Assembly (NCBI RefSeq): GCF_964355755.1
Contig: NC_092670.1
Location: 4,702,201-4,766,200, forward strand
Source: Antedon mediterranea
Taxonomy: Eukaryota; Animalia; Echinodermata
DNA: 64,000 bases
Direction of reading: 5' to 3'
Of this stretch, positions 25,867 to 38,247 are shown piece by piece (position 1 is the stretch's first letter; each line of letters opens with the position of its first letter). A program made the position numbers and the translations under genes. The notes beneath the pieces were generated by a model. It searched no databases, was not told where the DNA came from, and saw nothing but the letters and a program-made list of their open reading frames with translations.

Positions 25867-28064
25867 TAAGAATAGACAGTGGTCTTATTAGTTTTGTAGG
25901 AAACTGTAACAGTAACACAGAACAGTTTTATCATTTACTTGTGTTAAAATTCTGTATTACACTTACTGGAGGTGCTGGTGTGTAAAACTCTGAAACAGAT
26001 GTTGCAATATGAAAATCATTCATTATTGTAGCCATACAATTTACAGAGATATTTTAGGAATTTGTCAAATTACTATCAACATGATGAGTCAATGGAAATA
26101 TTGAGATGAATATTTTGCCATCCACAATAATATCATTAATTCTTGCCATTTCTACAGTATACAGTACTGAACAGTTTCAAATATTTCTTAAAATTTAAAT
26201 TAGTTTTAATATACAATCATTTTAGGTATAAAAATACAAGTGAATAACATGGAAAGAGTGCAAACAAAGATGTTCACTGTTTAGTTATATCAATACTACA
26301 GTACTTAAAAGTAACTGTAGATCTGTATGAAATGAAAGACTGACATTACAGTATTGTATACTGTATGTTTACTACTGTACTACAGTACAATAATTAAAAC
26401 TACAATAGTATCTGTGACCTTTGAAGATTTTTTGCATCTTTCATAACTGATTAAACTCTTGGTTTGAAGGCTGATGATAGTTACTACTGTACCACAACAA
26501 TCATGTTTTATAACATTGTAGCATCTTAATTGTACAGTAATGTATGTGTATGCAGTCAGAATGAAAGACAAATTTAAAAAGCTCATGAATAATTCATGTT
26601 AATCCATGCACTTTGAACTAATCATGTAGAAAGAATGTTCACCTTTCTTCATGACATTTAACTGAGAGAATTTCAGTATGACAATCTTTGAAACACTGTT
26701 CAACATACAGTATAAGTAACTGTTGTAATTCTGTACTGAAGTAATAACTTTATCAAAATTAACTTCATGAATAATAGGTTGCTAACCTTTGAACTACAGT
26801 CTGGATACCAAACATGCTTATTACCATACAGTAATATATAGCTGTATTATCATTCATCATGACATTACAGTGCCGATAGTTGTCAAGTAGAATCATTATG
26901 TACTGTTTGATTAAACTGCCACTAAGCATACACGGATTAAAACTCAACACACATTGTGCAAGCTTCAACAAATAAATTATAAATCTATGACAAAGTGCTT
27001 TAATACAATAGTTCGTTCACTTGAAACGACAGTAAAATCAAATCATAAAAGAATTCACTTTGACTACAAAGTTTGAGTGTGAAATGCATGTCCTTTAAAA
27101 TCTGTCACTCAATGAAATTATGAGAACTGATTCCTAACTTTTAGTAGTAACAGGTACAGTAAGTAGGAAGTCAACAGGGTGTGTTTTCAGGGTAGAAATG
27201 AATCAATATAGTACTACAGTACTACAGTAAAACCACTGAATCTTGAAGGATTTTGTGATACCATTCTGACCATCAATAATTGACCAGACAAAAAGATTAC
27301 CTTGTGGATTTAACCCAATCTGCATTCTTTCACACTTCTCAAAACTTTCTCCTACACTGTACAGTAAGACTTACAAGTGTAAGGTGAAGGCTTTTCACAC
27401 GGCACGGTTCTGGTCCGGCGCTGACAAATCAAACGTCAATGTTTTGTTTTCACACGAACCTGTACTATATTATTATTATTAAATATTATTGAACATTTTT
27501 GAAGTTTTTAACATTTTATAAATTTGTAAAAATTTTTAAAACTTTTACATTTTTATACTGCAGGCCTGTATCGATATTCTGATGTTTTCAGTTAAACTTG
27601 TTTTTTAACATTTTGAATATATATTTATTGTTTTTATAATAAGTGATATTTAATTGTAATTTTGTTTTAATATTTTGATTGTATGTTCTACCTTTCTAAA
27701 TGTTTTTTATATTTTTATATTGCATTTTATGTTTCTGAGTGAAACACTTTTGTTAAACTTCAATCTTTCGTTTGATTGCAATAAAGTTCTATTCGTATTC
27801 GTACTAAAATTATAAAATATTTTTTCTTTTCGTCCAATCCGGATTTGACCATGAATGACCTCGCTTGATAACGAATAACTGAAATCGTACTCGATGTGAA
27901 AGTAGCTTAAATGATAGGTTTCTCACAAAATATACAGTGGTGAGCTTTCGCATTGGGACGGTAGAGGAAAAGAAACGATAATGAAATACAAAAGACCAGT
28001 CCAAGTTTTCTTCCATGATCCATCCTGTACAACTGTTGAAAATGTCACACTTTACAGTAGTATT

Positions 28065-31000
28065 AGGGAGGTTTCGCAACCTTACGAAAACGGATACGTC
28101 ACACATTTGTGAAACTTTTGAGCTGATCCCCATTTCATATTCATAAAGCGTTTTCGTGTTTACGAATATCATCAGTCATATTCGTAACTACAAAACGAGT
28201 ATAGTTTTTGATCTATTTTACACATTTTGCATTTGAATCAGGAATTATTCATGATTATACTATAATTATAGATTTATTGAAAGTAATTTACTAAAAGTAA
28301 TTTACTAAAATGCCAGGTCAATTTTGATAAATAGCAGTTTTTAAAGTCTCACTCGCTTTGATGTTACGCTAGGCCTACAGTAGGCAGCCAAGCACCAAGC
28401 AACACCAGGGCTCGCAGAATCGCTTGCCCGACGTCCCGCGGCAACCAAATAAATACGTCGGGCAACTAAAATTTAACATGTCATGTCCCGACGGGCAACC
28501 TCTTAAAATCACCGAAAATGTCCACGATGTTTTACAGGGGTTGTGAAAAACTGTAACAATGAAAATAATAGTCGCGCACGAACGAATTCTCTTGACGTCG
28601 AGACCAGTGTAGTGTTTGTTAAGTAAATGTATGGATCGGAATTCGGTGGTATGGAACGTTATCTCCAGGAGCCAAAACATGTGTTTCTATGCAGTCGGGC
28701 GTATCAAGTCGTTGCGTATAGAGTTTCCAGGTCTGTCATATAGCACGCGGTCTCTTGCGGCATCCATTGATCGCGAAATAGGAAGCGTTGAACTCTCAGC
28801 TTTTAACTTTATTTAAAGTTATTATACCAGGGAGTTTCTAATTAACAACTCCCTAGTTATACTATAAACCAAATAAAATAGGGGCTAGTATGTTTTTGTT
28901 TTTCTCAATTATCGACATCATTTTACGGTGGTAATAAAATCTGAATCTACTACTTAGTATTAATTATGTGGCCTACAGCCTGATAGTAGATTAGGCCTAT
29001 GTTTAATTACATTCATGTTATGTATTTTGTGTGTAATAAATAATTTGCTGAATTACTGTAATTATTGTTCAAATGTACAGTTGTATTGAAAATACAGTAT
29101 ATTATTAAATTATAATAGATACGTAATTTTAATTGTCTGTGTGTGCCAAATAGGCACCGGCCGATGTTTTTAACACAGGCAAGTAGGCCTACCATTTTTT
29201 TTATAAATATTACAGAATATAAATTTAATAGGCCTAATAATTTATTTAATAAATACATTGAATACTTAAATAGTTACAGTATATTTTTTATTATCAACAT
29301 TGAAAATAATACACTTCTTCGGGTATCGCCGAGAGTTGAACTTTCAAAAACTTCAACTTGGCGGAGCACGTGGTTTTCACCACAATTCGGCACAGTTCCC
29401 TTGTGTTGTTTTCAATCACAAACTTGTGCGAGCAGATGGTTGTTTTTATCCAACCTGTGCGAGCTTCTACTGAAACAACAAGTAAACTTCCACAAGCCCA
29501 CACTCTCCACCACACACCGTACCCATGTGCTCCTACTACGTACGGCTGCAGCTGCTGTGAGTTTTTTTGCTATACGCATGCGTATTGTTTCACGTCACGT
29601 AGAGACGGACGGCGATATTTTTTTTTTCGCTCAACGAAACTGCCAGCTAGCCAGAATACTGTTTTCTGATTGGATGTTGATGTCACGTGAGTTGTTCAAA
29701 TCACTCACGCATGCAGTTCGCCTCAGTAGGTAATTCCTCCTCGCACTCTCAGAGCGGTTGCGACTCGCACTGCTCTCTAGGCTAGCAATTTACGTGTTGT
29801 AGGAATCGTACATTTCAATGGCTCGCTGCCTGAGAGCGCGCTGCCGGCCTGAGACAACTACTAGCTCCTTGCACAACAGATAGAGGAGGCTTACAATTTC
29901 CCGCATAAGAGCGGCTAAACCCAAAAAGCGGAGAACTTGTGAAGGGTTTCTTGGAAGAAGTATTTTTACTTTCTCTCGCCATGGATGGAGTAATATATTA
30001 ATTAATTTTATTTCCATGGAGGAATTGGCCTCTCTCAATGTTTATTTACGTTTCGCGTACGTTTCATGCATTCATTTCAATTTCACGTGGGAAAATCTTT
30101 TTAGGGCCTTCATGACGGCAACATCGGGTTGGCACGGTCGAAATACACTTTTGTCATCGTCATCCTTTTATATACTGTCAAAAAAAACTACTAAATTAAA
30201 GCACTCAGGCCTAATAAAAATAACATTAAATCATTTCGGAGTAAATTGAAAGAGCCTAAGAAAACCAAAGTTTCTGAAATCTACTTTTAGGCCTAGGAGG
30301 CCTACATTTCTATAGGCAATATTTTAGATATATCTATTAAATAATTGTAAGATAATTAGTGCCATGTCTAGGCTACTACATTTTAAATATCGCAAAATAG
30401 CTTGATTTCGGAATTTCATTGCACAATAGAAGCAAAACGTTTTTGCTCCCAAAGTAAACCCACGTGAATACGCCTTTTTCATTCACGAAACGGAACACAT
30501 CTTCGATCGATGACAAACAATGCCGTGCAACGAAGCGTAACCAACAGAAATAACATAGCGTTTTCAAGGGATTTCAGGACACCATGTTAATTAAACAATC
30601 GCAACTCTTGTACGGAGGATCGTATGAGAAAATAAATTACTGTAAAATGTTCTTAAAAGATTGGCCTACATCACTGTGTAATTGAAAAAATTTGAAAAAT
30701 TGTTTTCACTACTTTAAAATCCATCGAAAAAAACACCACAGTGTATTAAGCATAGGCGTTTTTCACCGACGTTTTTTCGCGGTGCAGTCGCGGTATAAAA
30801 CGTTAAAATTAAGTTAAAATAGTGGGCAAGTAAAAAAATGATGAGGGCAACCAAAATCTAAAACCTACTTGCCCGAAGGGCAACCAAATATTTTAGGATT
30901 CTGCGAGCCCTGAACACGTACCTGCGCTTCGCTCAAATTTACCGCAGTCATATTTTGGACGGCGCCCTCAATATTTCGTTGCCATGCGAAACAGATTTTT

Positions 31001-31073
31001 ACTGGCTTACGAAAAACGAATACATGTGCGTGACGTATACGTTTTCGTATTCGTAAGATTGCAAAACCTCCCT
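28065..31073. mobile_element. PHIS-superfamily (Pangu-like) MITE with ATT TSD, interrupted by the hAT5-like insertion
   Basis: att|AGGGAGGTTTCGCAACCTTACGAA...GTAAGATTGCAAAACCTCCCT|att. Confidence 0.65.
28406..30912. mobile_element. non-autonomous DNA transposon, 16-bp perfect TIR, 5-bp TSD AACAC (hAT5-like), copy 1
   Basis: aacac|CAGGGCTCGCAGAATC...GATTCTGCGAGCCCTG|aacac; subterminal TTGCCCG/GGGCAAC motifs. Confidence 0.88.
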
Positions 31074-31727
31074 ATTATAATCTACAGTAAACTTACCTCA
31101 ATGATGAGACTTTACTTTAAAACAGACCTACTGTACAAAAACTGGAATACAGTATAATAAATCACAGAGAAATCCAAGTTTGTTTTAATACAAGAGTGCC
31201 ATCTCACTGTGGGTACAAAACAAACAATATTTTTATTTTTATGAACAGTACATCATCATAAACAGTACTGTATGTACAGTATAAAGTACCTTGTAAAACA
31301 ATAAATAATATAATAATGAAGTTTAGAAACAAGTTAATTACAATATGATCACGTTTCTTTCCTTTTTATTTGTTAAATTGACAATTAGCATCAATTAAAA
31401 GTACAGTGTTGAACTGAGTGGATGCAATTTTTACAGTGGCCGTACTGTACTAATAATGATGAATTTGAATTCAATTTTGTAACGATTTTTCCTTCCAAGT
31501 ATTTTGCTAAATATAGAATGTATGTTTTTCAGATTGAATCTTTCTTTCATAGGCAATAAGCCAATAATGGGAAATGAATGTCCTTCTAGACTTGAGGTCA
31601 TCAAAGGGACATTTATAAGAATCTTAAACTTAGTGCCAAGTGAATAACAGTCTAAATACCGCACAGTAAAAATTACACAGACTTTAGGGCTTGATAGAAA
31701 CACAGTAATCAATAACACAACCTCCCT

Positions 31728-31937
31728 TTGGTCAGATGTTTTGCCCTACTCTGACGTAATTTTTACTTTATACTACTGTAAGTACATTGAGAACACGCAA
31801 GTAAGTATCAGATACAATAGGACTTGAACCCACGACCTCCACATCACTAGCCTGGAGTCCCACCCGAGGATTTGCAAATTTGTTCACAAGTGTTCTCAAT
31901 GTACTTTACATCAGAGTAGGGAAAAACATCCGACCAA
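31728..31937. mobile_element. inverted-repeat element enclosing a tRNA-like (B-box) sequence
   Basis: Arms 31728-31796 and 31890-31937 are reverse complements apart from a ~20-nt insert; centre on minus strand GGCTAGTGATGTGGAGGTCGTGGGTTCAAGTCC. Confidence 0.6.
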
Positions 31938-32224
31938 TTACTCAACTCCTATTGTAGAGTACTGTAGCTAATTAGCTACTCTACATACAATAGTTAAACA
32001 CAATTTCACAACCTCCCTTGCTTGAAAAATGTTATTAAACCTTGATTGAAAGGGTTCGCATGGGATTTGGGACTGGGTTCGGTATTTGCTGATTGAAGGG
32101 GTTATCGCTTGGGGTTGTTTAACTTCAAACACTATAATAGTACTGTTTATTTCAATAATTTAAATTCTATTAAAACACCAAAAAATGTAGTATGTATGCT
32201 TTAACAATTTTCGTCTTCTATTTA

Positions 32225-34482
32225 GGTCTTTTTTCATATTTAGGTCTCCCATTACGTATAGTTGGATCTCCCTTTTCATATAGTAGAGCCTCTCTTTTCA
32301 TATAGCCGAGTCTCCCTTTTCATATAGTAGAGTCTCCCTTTTCATATAGTAGAGTCTCCCTTTTCATATAGCAGAGCCTCCCTTTTCGTACCGTACGTAG
32401 GTTCTACCTTTTCGTATAGTTGAGTCTCCCTTTTTGTATAGCAGAGTCTCCCTTTTCATATAGCAGAGTCTCCCTTTTCATATAGCAGAGTCTCCCTTTT
32501 CATATAGCAGAGTCTCCCTTTTCATATAGCAGAGTCTCCCTTTTCATATAGCAGAGTCTCCCTTTTCATATAGCAGAGTCTCCCTTTTCATATAGCAGAG
32601 TCTCCCTTTTCATATAGCAGAGTCTCCCTTTTCATATAGCAGAGTCTCCCTTTTCGTACGTAGAGCCTCCCTTTTCGTATGTAGGGTCTCCCTTTTCGTA
32701 CGTAGGTTCTACCTTTTCGTATAGTTGGGTCTCCCTTTTCGTATAGCAGAGTCTCCCTTTTCATATAGCAGAGTCTCCCTTTTCGTACGTAGAGCCTCCC
32801 TTTTCGTACGTAGGTTCTACCTTTTCGTATAGTTGGGTCTCCCTTTTCGTATAGTTGGGTCTCCCTTTTCATATAGTAGAGCCTCCCTTTTCATATAGCA
32901 GAGTCTCCCTTTTCGTACGTAGGGTCTCCCTTTTCGTACGTAGGTTCTACCTTTTCGTATAGTTGGGTCTCCCTTTTCATATAGCAGAGTCTCCCTTTTC
33001 ATATAGCAGAGTCTCCCTTTTCATATAGCAGAGTCTCCCTTTTCGTACGTAGAGCCTCCCTTTTCGTACGTAGGTTCTACCTTTTCGTATAGTTGGGTCT
33101 CCCTTTTCGTATAGTTGGGTCTCCCTTTTCATATAGTAGAGCCTCCCTTTTCATATAGCAGAGTCTCCCTTTTCGTACGTAGGGTCTCCCTTTTCGTACG
33201 TAGGTTCTACCTTTTCGTATAGTTGGGTCTCCCTTTTCGTATAGTTGAGTCTCCCTTTTCATATAGCAGAGTCTCCCTTTTCGTACGTAGGGTCTCCCTT
33301 TTCGTACGTAGGTTCTACCTTTTCGTATAGTTGGGTCTCCCTTTTCGTATAGTTGAGTCTCCCTTTTCATATAGCAGAGTCTCCCTTTTCGTACGTAGAG
33401 CCTCCCTTTTCGTACGTAGGTTCTACCTTTTCGCATAGTTGAGTCTCCCTTTTCGTATAGCAGAGTCTACCTTTTCGTATAGCAGAGCCTCCCTTTTCGT
33501 ACGTAGGGTCTCCCTTTTCGTACGTAGGTTCTACCTTTTCGTATAGTTGAGTCTCCCTTTTCATATAGCAGAGTCTCCCTTTTCATATAGCAGAGCCTCC
33601 CTTTTCATATAGTAGAGCCTCCCTTTTCATATAGTAGAGCCTCCCTTTTCATATAGTAGAGCCTCCCTTTTCATATAGTAGAGCCTCCCTTTTCATATAG
33701 TAGAGCCTCCCTTTTTGTATAGTAGAGCCTCCCTTTTCATATAGTAGAGCCTCCCTTTTTGTATAGCAGAGTCTCCCTTTTCATATAGTAGAGCCTCCCT
33801 TTTCGTATAGCAGAGCCTCCCTTTTCGTACGTAGGGTCTCCCTTTTCGTACGTAGGTTCTACCTTTTCGTATAGTTGAGTCTCCCTTTTCATATAGCAGA
33901 GTCTCCCTTTTCATATAGCAGAGCCTCCCTTTTCATATAGTAGAGCCTCCCTTTTCATATAGTAGAGCCTCCCTTTTCATATAGTAGAGCCTCCCTTTTC
34001 ATATAGTAGAGCCTCCCTTTTCATATAGTAGAGCCTCCCTTTTTGTATAGTAGAGCCTCCCTTTTCATATAGTAGAGCCTCCCTTTTTGTATAGCAGAGT
34101 CTCCCTTTTCATATAGTAGAGCCTCCCTTTTTGTATAGCAGAGTCTCCCTTTTCATATAGTAGAGCCTCCCTTTTCGTACGTAGGGTCTCCCTTTCCATA
34201 CGTAGGGTCTCCCTTTTCGTATAGTTGGGTCTCCCTTTTTGTATAGCAGAGTCTCCCTTTTCATATAGTAGAGCCTCCCTTTTTGTATAGCAGAGTCTCC
34301 CTTTTCATATAGTAGAGCCTCCCTTTTCGTACGTAGGGTCTCCCTTTCCATACGTAGGGTCTCCCTTTTCGTATAGTTGGGTCTCCCTTTTTGTATAGCA
34401 GAGTCTCCCTTTTCGTACATACAGTACTGTAGGTTCTCCCTTTTCGTATTGGTCTCGAGTCTCTGGTCTTGGGTCCATAGTT
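32225..34482. repeat. 20-22-bp minisatellite (~100 units) with higher-order blocks and a unique terminal sequence
   Basis: Units AGAGTCTCCCTTTTCATATAGC / GGGTCTCCCTTTTCGTACGTA / GGTTCTACCTTTTCGTATAGTT; ends ...CCATAGTTTCAAAGCACCC. Confidence 0.92.
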
Positions 34483-35292
34483 TCAAAGCACCCAATCGTC
34501 AACAGTAGTTGAGCTAAAAAAAACATTCTTGTTGGAACTGAAGGGCCTTTTAAGAGTTCTACTTCAGAACATATCATGACTCATGTACAAAGTATTAAAC
34601 AACTTTTTAAACTTGTGTAAATATAACAGGATGTGGTATTATGGTATATTTTATCTAGATTTCCTGTTTAAATTATAACATACTACCACAAATGCATCAA
34701 CATTGACCATGTTTTGTGTTGAGTATAAAAATAGAATGACCGGTAGTCAAATAGTGATAAAGTGATAGAAACTCAAAAGATAACAATTAAGATTCAAAAA
34801 GTTCAAAAGCAACAGAACAGATTTTGTTATACCAGGTGTTGAAACAACTTAATATTATAAAAATGTAGTACCAAAACAACTTGAAGTCCCTCTATTTAAG
34901 TACATGGCTGTCTTCCCTCCCCACACCCCATTTTTCCAAAAATTGACTTCCAATTCCAGAGCTAAATTGCACCGAATTGAAAAAAAAAGTCTTGATTTTA
35001 ATTTCAAAAACTACAGGAAAAAAAACACTGAATACTGAACTGTATGCACTTTTGGTTCATACAGTAATTTGCTTTACATTGCAAAAGTAATTATGATTGG
35101 TCAATCCCTTGACCTAAAGATAAAAATCGTCAAACAACTCAGCCGACGAACAGGTCAGCAGCTCAGACCATGGCATTAACAGTAACTGTACAGTAAGTAC
35201 AAAAAAAATACAAGATACTTGGAGTCTATGACAGGTTGCGTATCACCACACAAAGGTTTACTGTAGAATGTGAATGACATTAACAACACTAA

Positions 35293-35514
35293 AGCCGGTC
35301 TACACTATCAAACTAGTTTGACAAAAATGTGTGATGTGCCCAAAAATGGTAGTAATATGCCCAAATATGGTAGTAATATGCCCAAATATGGTAGTAATAT
35401 GCCCAAATATGGTAGTGATACAGTATGTAATTATAATGTCTACAGTATATATACTGTATACCATATATACATCAGATTTTTTTTTGTCATAAGTTTGATA
35501 GTGTAGACAGAGCT
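35293..35514. mobile_element. Harbinger-type MITE, TAA TSD
   Basis: taa|AGCCGGTCTACACTATCAAAC...GTTTGATAGTGTAGACAGAGCT|taa; internal 21-bp tandem. Confidence 0.8.
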
Positions 35515-35898
35515 TAACTGCACTTTGTTCGCATAGCAAAATTGTATAGTGTACCATGTGTGTAAGAATTACTGTGTAGGCTGTTTGTGGGAGAACAAAC
35601 CCAAAGACTAGGAGGAAACCAAATTAGTTTCAACAGACAACATCCACTGTGTACTGTTACATCTTAATCTTGACACGGCCAACTCCCAAATTCCCTAATT
35701 TGTGTGTCATTAAAACAGTTTTGATAATTTTTCCTCTTTTTATGATCAGTGCAATCTCCAAAGTGAATATACCATGGGAATCAAAAGTAGAAAAATAGCA
35801 TCTGAATCATCAAAAACATGACCTCTCTCATATGGATTAAGATTTACAGTTACTGTATTTCTTGACTGATGATATCAAAGTCCTCATATGTACAGTAA

Positions 35899-36077
35899 AG
35901 CTGTCTACACACTGACTATCAAACTTTGTGACAAAAAATGTGATGTGCGGTGTCCGTACACATAATGATGTCATACAGTATCACAACCATATTTGGGTAT
36001 TATATCACTACCATATTTCATAACATCACACTTTTTTTTTTGTCAAACTACAGTAGTTTGATAGTGTAGACAGAGCT
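35899..36077. mobile_element. Harbinger-type MITE, same family
   Basis: taa|AGCTGTCTACAC...GTGTAGACAGAGCT|tta. Confidence 0.75.
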
Positions 36078-36164
36078 TTAGAATTCATCTGAAATCAGAA
36101 AGTACTGTATTATATTTTTACAGTAGTAACATGTACAGTACTGTACAGTATGTGTGGTAATAAT

Positions 36165-36415
36165 TTCATTCTTATAGCACTTCATGCTCTAAGCGCTTCC
36201 CGGTCATTTTTGGATCATACACGAATGGAAACATAATATCAGTCTCGGTGCAGTTTGTGTTTTGATCTTACCAGGTACACATTTATACACATACAGTAAG
36301 CGGAGAGGAAAAAACGTGTCTTAAAAAGGATACAAGGATACAACAAGCAATGTGACAAGCGTTGGACTTGAACTCCCAATCTCACGTTCAGTAGTCCAAC
36401 GTCTGACAAACTATG
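36165..36415 (-). mobile_element. decayed tRNA-derived SINE with L2-like tail
   Basis: Minus strand: GGGAGTTCAAGTCC (B box), central GTGTATAAATGTGTACCTGG, tail GAAGCGCTTAGAGC...GCTATAAGAA. Confidence 0.55.
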
Positions 36416-38247
36416 TCATACACCCTTTACATGTTGTATCAGTAAAATACAATCAGGTAAACTGTTATCAAATTTTTGATTATCAATTATTTATTTACAG
36501 TGGGTACTAGTACTGTATCTAACCCCTCCCTACTCATTTTGATATTCGGGCCATGTGTAATGTACATTATGGATAGTGTAAGTTTGGAAATTTGTATCAA
36601 ACAACTGGTATCAAAGACAGTACAAACTCTCTCTAGTTCTGTGTCATGTCAGTGTTTCTTTTTGAAAAAAAACGATTTTACTGTACTACTGTATGTAGAG
36701 CAGTGTACAGCAGAAATCTAAATATTAATGAAATTAATCTTTAATATTTTATTATTTCTTAAACAAGATGAACTCTATTGGTAAGCCAAGTAATATTATC
36801 ATTAATATTACAGCCTGACTGTGATGGTGAGTCATCGACATAATTCAATTTCACTAGCAGACACGACTCAAAATATTAATTGAAATTGAAACTGATTCAT
36901 TGGATAAAAAATAAAGTGTCATTGAAAATTAAAAGAAAAACAGCTAAATAATAATATTATTTTGTTGTTTTAAAATATATTCTTGTTTTGTAATGTATTG
37001 CTACTACAAACGTATTTAGACTTTTTTTAGATAAAATTATTACCGTATAAACGGTTATTCATCGAGTAAATGACGATTTAAAATCTTAAAATCAATGTTT
37101 TTTTTCTGGCAACGTTGTCCGGGATACAGCTCCGTGCGCAATGATGCGTATCCATATTTTCCGTTCGTGTATTTTGTATATCGTTCGTAATTTATACTGC
37201 TAAAATGTTTTAGTTTCTTTAGTTTTTAGTTTAGCAGAATTAAATTAGTAATATGAGATGATAATTTATTTGTCACGAATCAGGCAGTTCGAAAACGAAT
37301 TTTGTTCATATTTTACTTTGGCTTGACAATGAGCGCAGCAAGTTGTTGATATCGCTTTGGTCCTTGGATGCACATGAAACGGAGCCTCGCCGCATGATGT
37401 GGGTGTGGTGGATCGACTCCGCGCGCTGGATTGGGGGCATAGGCCTAGTAAAGGTTTGGGAGGTAGGCCTTCTAAATTCGGGTTTTATAACAAACGAAGT
37501 ACATTTTAGGGACCTATATTTCAACAACATTAGATATTGAATAAATTAGTATTATTGTCAACGCTTCGCGTATCTTTCCAGACCGTCGATCATTCACTGA
37601 CTATCGGGCGGCATACACGCTCTCGATATCATCGTGTGTATATGTGACGTCGTGAATATAGAGGCTTCCGACAGCCGTTGAAATAGAATATTGCAATGGC
37701 GTGAGTAATTTTCGCTAATTTACCATGGTATCTTAAAATTTCGTTTTTACTCAAAACACTATACATTTTGTTTTTATTTGTATGGGTTTGTGTTAATTTG
37801 ATACATTTAAATAACATGTGTGAATTTCTTGAAAATCGAAATTCCATTTCAGGTCCATTTTAAGAAAATTTGTTCCCATGAATCATTAAAATGTTTTCAC
37901 AGAGTAAACTTCACAAGTTTTTTTATTCTTCCTGAGCTTTGATGGACTGTAAGATTTTAGGCCATGGTGGAATTCCTAGGCCTAGTGGAAAAAAGCCTTC
38001 AAGGACACATTTTTAATTTAATTAAAACTATTTTTTGTTTCATTATACAATTTAAGCTGTAGTTAGCCTAGGCAGACCTACAGTAGGTAGGCTTAAACAA
38101 AATGCCATGGCTACGAATATGGATACCGTATCTTTTGCTCTGTCTCCTAAAGAAAATCGGGCATCCAGGCTTAGATACTTAACCCATCCAACTTGCTTGC
38201 GTAACATAATGCAGTTGATTAGATCCACTTTGATTTACATACTATAG

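Noticed and set aside
20805-31110. Strong minus-strand donors (GTAAGT) at ~20810 and ~31099 as alternative PTPN4 5' exons
   Set aside because: Donor motifs alone are expected by chance in 25 kb; no supporting acceptor or promoter context.
31815-31870. Functional tRNA gene
   Set aside because: Only the 3' half is recognisable; no intact D-arm or acceptor stem.
32588-34577. Basic KGR/YEKG-repeat ORFs
   Set aside because: Translations of the 20-22-bp minisatellite.
37020-38150. CpG-richer segment with weak terminal similarity (GTATCCATATT / AATATGGATAC)
   Set aside because: Probably a decayed transposon, but TIR and TSD boundaries could not be defined.
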